Shown piece by piece: positions 54,747 through 63,333 of a stretch of 64,000 nt of DNA; position 1 is the stretch's first letter; each line of letters starts with the position of its first letter. This DNA comes from an uncultured Methanoregulaceae archaeon. Lineage in GTDB: Archaea; Halobacteriota; Methanomicrobia; Methanomicrobiales; Methanospirillaceae. Location: assembly GCA_963701095.1 (NCBI GenBank), contig OY969564.1, positions 64,001-128,000 on the forward strand. Direction: 5' to 3'. The notes beneath the pieces were generated by a model. That model ran no database searches. It saw only the letters and a list, made by a program, of their open reading frames with translations, and was not told where the DNA came from. A program made the position numbers and the translations under genes.

Positions 54747-56156
54747 TTATACTTTTTTCCAGCAATAGACACATTTTCTCAATGATGTTCGTCCGTGGGT
54801 TCCCATTTGCTGACTACTATTCCCTTTCCCCGTAGGAAGAACCAATATTTTTTCCACTTTAAACCCAAGATTCTCTGCAATACTCGACAAGATGGTATCA
54901 ACGGAAATATTGACCCCGGCATATCTCACATTGTCGTTTACCATGAACATGTATCCATCAGGTTTTAAAACACGGTGGCACTCTTTGATCACACATGCCA
55001 TCTCATAGAAATATCCACGAACCATACGAGGAATACCGGTGTTATTTAATTTATCCTGCTTTTTCAAATCTTCCAAATATCTCAATATCTCTTGCAAAAC
55101 CTCTTGGTCGTCGGTTATTTTTATGGCGTCTTTCCAGTCAGAATTCATTAAAATGAGATCCTTTGCACGATTCTCAACCGTGCAACTAATCATTTTCTGT
55201 CTCAAATCCCGCAATTTGTATTCATCGGTTCCAAGTAACGCCAGTTCTAGCGCGTATGTTCTCGTATAATCATACCGATTACAGTACGGCGGAGAGGTGA
55301 TAATAGTCTTATATGTGTCATCTTTTAACGTTTGCAAAATTTCAAGACACGATCCCTCATGAAGTATGATATCTCCATTCAGTATTGGCGATGATAGTTC
55401 TATACTAGGTGCAGTGTCAGTAATTATTTCGTTGAGTTTTTCGGTGATGGCACCACCGAATTCCAATATCGTTCCTTTATCAAACACGTTAGAATTTAGT
55501 TGCCCTCTGCCTGATCTTTGATCCCATCGAAGATATTGCCCATCTTTCCGAGTGTAACTGATTGATTCCAGAATACAAAGAAGTGCAAATTTTAAAACAA
55601 ACTGCACTCTTTTATTTTCTTTTGATAGCACATGCAGATAATTTTCTATCGCCAATTGTGTTTCTGGGGGGTACGCATTGTTTGTTATTTTTAATGCAAT
55701 GAATGGAGTTCTTTCCTGTGTTTTTATCCACGGCTTATTTTTTATCCACCGAAGAATTGTTTCACGATCTTTTTTCGTGAACTTTTGTTCCAAGCAGATT
55801 TTAGTCGTTATTATCTGATGTCCAATAGGAAGGAGTTCGATCCCATCCGCATCTAACCCCAATGCACTTGCGGTAAATAATGCAGTCCCACTCCCAGCAA
55901 ACGGATCTAACAATCTCCCCGACCGGATTCTATATTTCTTAAGGAGGTATTCTACGAGAGAGGCCGAAAACGCTTCCTTAAATTTATACCATCTGTAAAC
56001 AGGGCGCTTTTTATTATCTTGGAAACTTACGATCTGACGAGTTAGTTTTTTATCAATTATGATATTGTGTTGAAAATGATTTTCCAATAAGTGATCCATG
56101 TCGTCAATACGAGATATTGATTCTTTTTCTGAAAGAATTCCCATAAGTTCTACCAT
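54747..56156 (-). CDS. DNA methyltransferase (probably m4C), cognate of the REase
   Basis: DPFAGSGT precedes TSPPY; adjacent to the REase. Confidence 0.9.
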   Translation of the reverse strand: MVELMGILSEKESISRIDDMDHLLENHFQHNIIIDKKLTRQIVSFQDNKKRPVYRWYKFKEAFSASLVEYLLKKYRIRSGRLLDPFAGSGTALFTASALGLDADGIELLPIGHQIITTKICLEQKFTKKDRETILRWIKNKPWIKTQERTPFIALKITNNAYPPETQLAIENYLHVLSKENKRVQFVLKFALLCILESISYTRKDGQYLRWDQRSGRGQLNSNVFDKGTILEFGGAITEKLNEIITDTAPSIELSSPILNGDIILHEGSCLEILQTLKDDTYKTIITSPPYCNRYDYTRTYALELALLGTDEYKLRDLRQKMISCTVENRAKDLILMNSDWKDAIKITDDQEVLQEILRYLEDLKKQDKLNNTGIPRMVRGYFYEMACVIKECHRVLKPDGYMFMVNDNVRYAGVNISVDTILSSIAENLGFKVEKILVLPTGKGNSSQQMGTHGRTSLRKCVYCWKKV

Positions 56157-56184
56157 GATTACAACGGCTCTATTAATACGCCTT

Positions 56185-56346
56185 TCATTTTCTTATTCGT
56201 TCCCGATCCCAATACGGGGACTTACATTTCGGATTCGGGCATACCTTCGGGAGTTTGTCCGGGTCTTTGGGATACCATTCGTGCCCACATCTAAGGCACG
56301 TCAATTTCTGATTAATCTCTTTACCGCAATGAGGACATCTCGCCAT
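56185..56346 (-). CDS. 53-aa zinc-finger microprotein
   Basis: MARCPHCGKEINQKLTCLRCGHEWYPKDPDKLPKVCPNPKCKSPYWDRERIRK; GAGGTG RBS; missed by the ORF track. Confidence 0.8.
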   Translation of the reverse strand: MARCPHCGKEINQKLTCLRCGHEWYPKDPDKLPKVCPNPKCKSPYWDRERIRK

Positions 56347-56387
56347 AAAGTAACACCTCTACTGATTGATATAACTTAATCATCCAA

Positions 56388-56451
56388 AGTATATATTCCT
56401 GCCGGTATGTATCCCCTTCGGTATGTATACCGTTAGGTATATATCCCTTAA
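56388..56451. repeat. Four 16-bp-period operator-like repeats
   Basis: Units start AGTATATATTCC, GGTATGTATCCC, GGTATGTATACC, GGTATATATCCC at 56388, 56404, 56420, 56436. Confidence 0.75.
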
Positions 56452-56475
56452 GGGACATAGTATAGGTAGTGAATT

Positions 56476-57717
56476 GTGATGACACAAACCCACGAACCCC
56501 TAACCACCAGCCGCGAAAAGAGGGGGCGAGCAATCGCAGAAAAGAGCGGTCAGATCCAGAAAGTCAAAGATAACCAGTACAAGGTAAGGTCACAGTCCGG
56601 CAACGGTTCCTATGAAATCAAAATCGGCAAGAATGGGGCCGAATGCAGTTGCCCGGATTTCCAGACCCGGCACCTGCCCTGCAAGCATATTCTCGGACTT
56701 CGCTATTACCTAGAAGTGCAGAAGGACACCCCCGAAGGCACTGTAACCGAAAAGGTACGTCTGACTTATTCCCAAGCGTGGAGCGCGTACAATGCTGCAC
56801 AGATCGAAGAAATCAAAATCTTCGATGCTCTGTTGAAGGATTTAGTAAAAGCAATCCCTGAGCCGGAACAGAAGATGGGGCGCCCACGCATACCGATGAG
56901 TGAAAACCTGTTCTGTGCTATTCAGAAGGTTTACTCTCAGTTATCCAGCCGTCGCGCTCACAGCCTCTTCCAGAATGCGGTAGAAAAGAAGCAGATCGAT
57001 CACGCGCCTTACTTCAATGCACCATCGGCCCTGTTCAACAAGCCCGAAATAACACCTATCCTTCAGGAGTTAGTCACGCTATCAGCGTTACCCGTTGCTG
57101 AGCTTGAAACAGACTTTGCGATTGACTCCACGGGATTCCGGACTACAACCTTTAGCGAATACTGTGGAATGAAACACGGGCAGAAGAAGGCTCACCGATG
57201 GATCAAGGCACACATGGCAACCGGCATTAAGACCAACATCGTTACCTGCATCGAAGTCACCGCTGGGAACGCCCACGATTCCACGCAATTCAAGCCCCTC
57301 GTTAAAGACATCTCAATGAATTTTAATATCCATGAAATTTCCGCCGACAAAGCTTACTCATCCCGTGACAATTACGAGGCCGTGAACGCAGTCGGTGGAA
57401 CTGCGTATATTCCGTTCAAGAGCCACGCAACTGGTAAGACTCGTGGTTCCCCCATCTGGAAAAAGATGTACCACTATTTCCAACTGAACAAGGATGAGTT
57501 CATGGAGCACTATCACAAGCGAAGTAACACTGAGTCAACCAACGCGGCCATCAAAAGGAAATTTGGGGAGACACTGAAATCGAAAAACCAGACCGCTCAG
57601 ATCAATGAACTTCTAGCAAAGATTATCGCCTACAATCTGACGGTAGTAATTCATGAGATGTATGAGAATGGGATCTCGCCAGACTTCCTGCACGTAAAGT
57701 CCGGAGCCTGCACGTAA
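56476..57717 (+). CDS. DDE transposase (IS5/IS903-like) with N-terminal SWIM zinc finger
   Basis: CSCPDF...CKH; AIDSTG, ADKAY, YHKRSNTES...K. Confidence 0.9.
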   Translation: MMTQTHEPLTTSREKRGRAIAEKSGQIQKVKDNQYKVRSQSGNGSYEIKIGKNGAECSCPDFQTRHLPCKHILGLRYYLEVQKDTPEGTVTEKVRLTYSQAWSAYNAAQIEEIKIFDALLKDLVKAIPEPEQKMGRPRIPMSENLFCAIQKVYSQLSSRRAHSLFQNAVEKKQIDHAPYFNAPSALFNKPEITPILQELVTLSALPVAELETDFAIDSTGFRTTTFSEYCGMKHGQKKAHRWIKAHMATGIKTNIVTCIEVTAGNAHDSTQFKPLVKDISMNFNIHEISADKAYSSRDNYEAVNAVGGTAYIPFKSHATGKTRGSPIWKKMYHYFQLNKDEFMEHYHKRSNTESTNAAIKRKFGETLKSKNQTAQINELLAKIIAYNLTVVIHEMYENGISPDFLHVKSGACT

Positions 57718-58550
57718 TGTCGGGTCAAATCCCTACTTTACGTGCAAAGCCGAATTCATGCCCCATTTATCCAGGTCTGACAAAAGGCTCTTTTGAAATT
57801 ACGGGTGAAAAACAATTATGTAAATCTTGCATGAGTAAAATTTTTGATGATATCCATGCGAAAGAGGTAGCAGATATTTCAATTTGTATGAAAGAGAAAA
57901 GGTTTGATGATGCTATTAAAATTTTTCAATCTATTTTCAATAACGAATCTGATAAAAACTGGTATAATCTTGGGAATTTGTACTACAATAAATTACAACT
58001 TTCTGACGCATTAGATTGTTATGATAATGCATTGTTCTTGAATACACATTACATAAAAGCATGGTATAGGAAGGGGACAATATTGTATAGCATATCAAAA
58101 CTTCAAGATGTTGAAAAACTCAAAGATTCTGCACAATGCTTTAAGAATATTCTCCTTTTAGATCCGAAAAATAAATATGGGTGGAACAATGCATCTACAT
58201 TTTTTATTGCATTATGCAGCATTTCTATTCATAATCGTTTTTTTCAAGACGGTAGCGATACAACACAAACAAACCAAGAAGTTCAAAAATGGGTTTCATT
58301 AAATCTAAATAATAAATATCCCAAAGATCTCGCAAGCGATCTTAAAAATCACCTTACTGGAAAGGCGGGTCGAGAACTTCTTAATGGACTTATTGATTGG
58401 TGGTTTTTAAATCATAAAAAAATATTGGATGCTCTTGAACCAAAAATTGGAGATATTAATCTTTATCCTGATGAAAGTAATGCCATAGAAAGAGTTTACG
58501 TTACGGCCGAAAACGCGAAGATTCCTGATAATTTCTCTAAAAAAATCTGA
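57717..58550 (+). CDS. TPR protein, 3' part of the interrupted gene with a transposon-supplied start
   Basis: WYNLGN...ALDCYDNAL TPRs; first 12 codons derive from the transposon end. Confidence 0.75.
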   Translation: MSGQIPTLRAKPNSCPIYPGLTKGSFEITGEKQLCKSCMSKIFDDIHAKEVADISICMKEKRFDDAIKIFQSIFNNESDKNWYNLGNLYYNKLQLSDALDCYDNALFLNTHYIKAWYRKGTILYSISKLQDVEKLKDSAQCFKNILLLDPKNKYGWNNASTFFIALCSISIHNRFFQDGSDTTQTNQEVQKWVSLNLNNKYPKDLASDLKNHLTGKAGRELLNGLIDWWFLNHKKILDALEPKIGDINLYPDESNAIERVYVTAENAKIPDNFSKKI

Positions 58551-58553
58551 AAT

Positions 58554-58902
58554 TCAATATTTTAATGAGGGTAATGAGTTTACCAAAGACGGTCAATATG
58601 CAGATGCTGTTGCATCATATGACAAGGTGCTTGCAATCAATCCGATAATTATAGGGCATGGAGCAAACGACGATAGGCTCTGTGTAATCTCGGTCGATAT
58701 TCAGAAGCGGCTGAATCTGATAAAAAATAGTTTATTATTTTTCATTTCTCATGAAGCTGAATTAGGAATGTTACCTGAAGAGATGGAATTTGGTATAACT
58801 ACAGATCCCTGTGTCAGACCTTTTATCATAGCATTTGCCATTAATCCAAATTCTGCAGGAGCGAAACAGAATCTAGAAATTGCGCTCAAAAAGATAACCT
58901 GA
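58554..58902 (+). pseudogene. Degenerate TPR gene
   Basis: GQYADAVASYDKVLAINP, then broken frames, ending AKQNLEIALKKIT. Confidence 0.65.
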
Positions 58903-58994
58903 TTTATACCTCGATGGGCAAGGACAGTTCTGTCAAGTCTTCTGTATAATTTCTTTTTACCTTTATAATTTTTCAATAAAAATCCCGTCTCCAG

Positions 58995-60389
58995 ATGCCG
59001 GAGATACCCCTGCTCGGTTCGCTGCAATCTTACACAGTAGCCGCCGCTGCTGATGGTGCACTCCTCGCACAAGGCCCTCTTTTCACCGCAAACAAGATCA
59101 ACAAAAACGGCTGGGGTATTCCCGAAGATGAAGCAGAGCATTTCGCCGCCTCGTTTACGGGAATGCCAATCCGGTATTGTCCGAAAGGGGTAGATACCGT
59201 TGCCAAAGACGGATCGCCGATTCCTGCCGCTCACTACTGCGACGCCATAAACAGCAGCCGAACGATTGTCGGGAACATTGAAAGCGTCTATCCGGTGGGA
59301 AAAGATGCCGATGATCGGACGATCTACGACATGAAAGCCCGGATTACAGACCCGAAGACCGTCAACGGCATTAAGGATGGCACCATCCCCGCGAGCTGGA
59401 GCCTGTGGGCATACGCCATAAAAGAATCCAACGACGGCATGATGCGGGGATGTCAGGGAAAGAGTGCAAGCATCGTCAGCGATCCGGCATACGCTGAGGC
59501 CCGGTTCCAGTGGCAGGCAATCGCAGCCTCCGCCGCTCCGGACCTTTGGAGCAGGGGTATCTACGAACAAGGAGCCAGAATGGCCGACGACAAACCAGAA
59601 AACCAGACAACGCTACCCGGGGTTACCCCAGTGGCAGCGGCTACCGGCGGTATCACCCAGGTATTCAACCTGGGCGCTGCTGCATCCGGTGATGGAACGA
59701 CCGATGGAAAAGAAAGTGCCGATGACCCCAAACCCGCCGAGAACAACGCAGTCTGTGCGAAATGCAAAGAACCCCTCCCGGCCTCTGCCAAGTTCTGCCC
59801 GGCGTGTGGCACATCGCTCCATGCTTCCTGCTCGAACTGTTCATCAACCATACCCCCGGGTGCGAAGTTCTGCCCGGCGTGTGGAAACCCGGCAGCTGCT
59901 CCTGATGGCAATATGAACACCACAGTTGGTGACAACTCCGTTGCTGCCTCACTGGTTGATAAGCTCGTTGAACAGAAACTCGCCGCCCGGCTCGACCAGG
60001 AAAAACGCCAGTCCCTTGCAGCCTCAATTGCACAGGTACAGGTCAAGACCGGCGTCCTCCAGCCGGCAGACACCGAGAAACGCATCGTTGAACTCATTGC
60101 ACTCCCGGCAGCAACCCTCGAAACCGAACTCAACAACTACTGCATGATCGCTGACAAACTCGGCAAACCGGTAGAGCAGGGTATGCGAAGCGGCCAGATC
60201 CCCGCTGCAGCAGCGTCAACCAATAATGGACTGCCGAAGATCCCCATGCCGGCCAATTACCGGGCAATCCTGAAACAGGCGCTCGGTATCGATGGCAGAG
60301 GCATGACAGATGCAGATATCCTCAAGTATGGCATTGCGAGGACTCCCGCCGGGGTCTGGCAGGGTTCGTACCATTCCAGCGAGGGATAA
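58995..60389 (+). CDS. Prohead protease/scaffold with double zinc ribbon
   Basis: NKNGW, H, WS and SIVSDPAY protease-like motifs; four CxxC pairs; upstream of the capsid genes. Confidence 0.75.
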   Translation: MPEIPLLGSLQSYTVAAAADGALLAQGPLFTANKINKNGWGIPEDEAEHFAASFTGMPIRYCPKGVDTVAKDGSPIPAAHYCDAINSSRTIVGNIESVYPVGKDADDRTIYDMKARITDPKTVNGIKDGTIPASWSLWAYAIKESNDGMMRGCQGKSASIVSDPAYAEARFQWQAIAASAAPDLWSRGIYEQGARMADDKPENQTTLPGVTPVAAATGGITQVFNLGAAASGDGTTDGKESADDPKPAENNAVCAKCKEPLPASAKFCPACGTSLHASCSNCSSTIPPGAKFCPACGNPAAAPDGNMNTTVGDNSVAASLVDKLVEQKLAARLDQEKRQSLAASIAQVQVKTGVLQPADTEKRIVELIALPAATLETELNNYCMIADKLGKPVEQGMRSGQIPAAAASTNNGLPKIPMPANYRAILKQALGIDGRGMTDADILKYGIARTPAGVWQGSYHSSEG

Positions 60390-60392
60390 ACC

Positions 60393-61291
60393 ATGACAAA
60401 CCTTACCTATCCTATCGATATTCCTGAACGGCAGGGCAAGACCGTAAACCGTGGTGTTGCTGCCGGCGTCCCGATCTTCAAAGGTGGCCTCCTTGAACTC
60501 AACGTTCGCGGGTACGTCCAGCCGTTCTGCCCGACCGACAACCTGCCCTTCGCCGGTATTGCCGCAGAAGGTTCGATAGTCCCGATCTCCCCGCTCCAGG
60601 CCACGCTTGTTGGTACAACTGATGGATGGGCAACGGTTGGAGTCCAGATCACCGGCCTGCATAAGTTCTCGTACCCGCAGCCTCAGTCACCAACATCAAT
60701 GCCCTGGTATACACCGCTGGCGACGACAACACGATCTCGCTCGTAGAAAACGGGCAGCCGATTGGTATCGTCCAGGACTACGAGAGCGGTTATCTCTGGG
60801 TCAATATCACCGGATTTGCCTCCAGTCTCCCGCAGCGGCTTGATCCGGTCGGCGTGATCAATGTCCCCTTCAGCCTTGCAACTGGTACCCAGTACACCGG
60901 TATTACCCTTCCTCCCCGTGCCATTGTGATGGATGTGATCGTTGAATTTACGACCCCCCTCACTGGCGCTTCTGTCAGTCTTGGCCTTGCGACAATTGCG
61001 AACGGCAGCCTGAATAACAACTGCCTCGTGAATGGTTCGCTCAGCCCGGCCACCGGTTCACCGGGATTCGTTGATCTCATCTTCGAGTCCACAACGTCTG
61101 CGAACATTACGCTCGGTGCATTTCTGAACCAGGCAACCATCAAGTCCGGGGATGCAACCCCAATCTACGCAGCGACCCAGAAGTACTACGCTTCACCACA
61201 GAACCCGACCCTGACCCAGTTCGCCGCAACGGCGGTAGCAGCAGCAACCCCGATCACGGGTGTCTTCCACGTCCAGTTTATGGTGGTCTAA
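60393..61291 (+). CDS. Capsid decoration/cement-like protein (frameshift near 60677)
   Basis: FAGIA; VYTAGDDNT and IGIV after frame repair; between protease and capsid genes. Confidence 0.6.
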
Positions 61292-61293
61292 CC

Positions 61294-62277
61294 ATGCCCG
61301 TTGGTTTATCCGATCTTTATCCCGAATTTACGCAGCTCCTGATCCAGACCCAGTTTTTCCGGATTTACGATATCTATGTACCTGACGATTACGGCCTGTT
61401 TACGCAGGTAGTCCCCTCCACCAAAGAAGCCGAAGTCTACCCGACGATGGGTGCAGTTCCGCAGATGTCGCTTTTTGAAGGGGAACGGAAATTCTCCGGT
61501 ATCGGGAACAAACAGACCTTCATGGTCTTCAACAAGTCCTTCGATACCGGCATCAAGATCCCCCTGACAGTCTTCCAGGACGACCAGTACGGGATCCTGA
61601 CCCAGAAGATCGCCGAGCTTGCCATGGAAGGAAAACGGTTGCCCGTTTCCCTCGTGTACAGTGTCCTCCACAACGGAGCCCAGACCAGCGGGTCCAACTA
61701 TCAGGCCGGTTTTGACGGTCTCCCGCTCTATTCCCAGGACCACCAGGGTGTCGGTTCGGCATTCCAGAGCAATATGCTTGGCGGCACGAACACGCTCAAC
61801 GCTACAAACCTTCAGGAAGTCATCGCAAACATGCGGACCCTGACCGACCAGACCGGCAGGCCGCTGGGGATTATCCCGGACACGCTCATCGTTCCACCAA
61901 TGCTTGAGATTCCCGCCAAGCAGCTACTCCACTCGGCATTCTTCATGTCGGTTGGCACCGCTTCATCGCAGAACACCACCGCGTCAACCCCCGCTGGCGT
62001 CTACAATATCCCAACCAGCAACGAGTTCGGCGGTATCCTGAAGAAAATCATTGTCAACGAATACCTCACGAGCCCGTCCGAATGGCATGTTGCCTGTACC
62101 GGAAGGATGACCAAACCGGTTTTGCTCCAAGAGCGACAGGCACCAATGCTGACGGTCAAGATGGACCCGAACACCAGCGACGACGTGATGAAGGAAAACA
62201 ATGCGTTTGCCTCCATCTATGCACGGTGGGGAGCTGCCCCCGGCAACTGGATGACCGTCTACCAGGGAAGCTCCTGA
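61294..62277 (+). CDS. Major capsid protein, Mu gpT-like
   Basis: VPST..E.Y..MG.VP.M..F.GER, DDQYG, FDG.P.YS.DH, PDTLIVPP.LE motifs. Confidence 0.88.
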   Translation: MPVGLSDLYPEFTQLLIQTQFFRIYDIYVPDDYGLFTQVVPSTKEAEVYPTMGAVPQMSLFEGERKFSGIGNKQTFMVFNKSFDTGIKIPLTVFQDDQYGILTQKIAELAMEGKRLPVSLVYSVLHNGAQTSGSNYQAGFDGLPLYSQDHQGVGSAFQSNMLGGTNTLNATNLQEVIANMRTLTDQTGRPLGIIPDTLIVPPMLEIPAKQLLHSAFFMSVGTASSQNTTASTPAGVYNIPTSNEFGGILKKIIVNEYLTSPSEWHVACTGRMTKPVLLQERQAPMLTVKMDPNTSDDVMKENNAFASIYARWGAAPGNWMTVYQGSS

Positions 62278-62304
62278 TCTCACCTCTCATTTTTCAGGAT
62301 TCCA

Positions 62305-62730
62305 ATGACCGGCTTGATCTGGGCTAACGATATCGCGGCGATGCTTGAAACCGGATGCAGTTACTCCCAGGCGACGGTTGATGCCCTCGGCGCCGTCGTT
62401 GAGCAGTTCATCCAGGCCGAGCTTGACATGAACGGTTTACCGATTAACCCGGCCAACACGGCCGGGAGCGGTGTCGGCATGCTCATGGTCGCATCCCAGA
62501 ACTGGCTCTGCCGGGATATCCGGATCATGCAGAAGCATGACGGCACGATCCCGAACAGTCTCTCTGCCGGCCCGACACGGGAAGACGTTGCGATTGATGT
62601 CAGTATCAAATTTTACGATGATAAGGGACGGGCTGCACTTGACAAGTACATCCTGAGCCAGGCCGGCGACGAAGAGGACGACGAAGCACAGTATGCCGGG
62701 CTGATAGCCCTTGCCGGGGAAGATCTGTGA
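62305..62730 (+). CDS. Putative head-tail adaptor
   Basis: Size and position after the capsid gene. Confidence 0.55.
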   Translation: MTGLIWANDIAAMLETGCSYSQATVDALGAVVEQFIQAELDMNGLPINPANTAGSGVGMLMVASQNWLCRDIRIMQKHDGTIPNSLSAGPTREDVAIDVSIKFYDDKGRAALDKYILSQAGDEEDDEAQYAGLIALAGEDL

Positions 62731-63074
62731 CCGCACCAGTATTCCCTTCAATCTTTGTGCACACCTGCACGCTTCAGCATACGATATCTACGGGTAAGGA
62801 TCAGTATGGTGCACCATCGCCCAACAAACAGATCACTGCATCGGTTTGCCGGTTCTTTTCCTGCCAGGTTGCGGGGGAAAATGCGGCTGGTGTGCCGATA
62901 CTGGTTGATCAGCTCCATTGCCTCCTGCCATCTACGGCCGTCGTACAAGATGAGGACACTATCGTCAGTACGGTTCCGGGCTACAATGGCACGTTCCAGA
63001 TCATCAACGCTGAACCTGATACCACCCGGGCCGGCGTCCGGCACTGGACGTGTACGATCAAGAAGGTGGTGTGA
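62727..63074 (+). CDS. Putative head closure protein
   Basis: DQYG turn, beta-rich, HW near C-terminus; position. Confidence 0.6.
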   Translation: MTAPVFPSIFVHTCTLQHTISTGKDQYGAPSPNKQITASVCRFFSCQVAGENAAGVPILVDQLHCLLPSTAVVQDEDTIVSTVPGYNGTFQIINAEPDTTRAGVRHWTCTIKKVV

Positions 63075-63077
63075 GCC

Positions 63078-63332
63078 ATGGACGCGACAAAACCCCAAAC
63101 GGATCGTGAATGGCTGGTCCAGATTGACGGTAAGGTGGACTCCATCCTCGCCCGCCTTGAGAAAGGTGATACCTGCATGGAAGATTATGGCGACCGGCTT
63201 GATGTCCTTGAAAAATTCCAGGCTAAACTTGTCGGTATTGCCGTAAGTCTCTCCCTGATCGCTTCGGTCTGCGGGTACTGGATTCTCTGCAAGCTCTCCG
63301 AACTGGGAATCGGTAACGGAGGAGGTCACTGA
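63078..63332 (+). CDS. Small coiled-coil + single-TM protein (holin-like?)
   Basis: RLDVLEK coil followed by a hydrophobic helix. Confidence 0.5.
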   Translation: MDATKPQTDREWLVQIDGKVDSILARLEKGDTCMEDYGDRLDVLEKFQAKLVGIAVSLSLIASVCGYWILCKLSELGIGNGGGH

Positions 63333-63333
63333 C

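Larger units (their letters stand above)
53241..57751. mobile_element. IS5-family (IS903-like) cargo-carrying element, 4,511 bp
   Basis: Perfect 15-bp TIR GGCTTTGCACGTAAA (53241-53255 / 57737-57751); 9-bp TSD GAATTCATG (53232-53240 / 57752-57760). Confidence 0.92.

Noticed and set aside
56388..56451. 16-bp repeats as a mini-CRISPR
   Set aside because: Units are contiguous with no spacers and are too short.
61294..62277. Transposable Mu-like virus
   Set aside because: Only the capsid is Mu-like. A tyrosine integrase is present, and the sole DDE transposase belongs to the bounded IS element.
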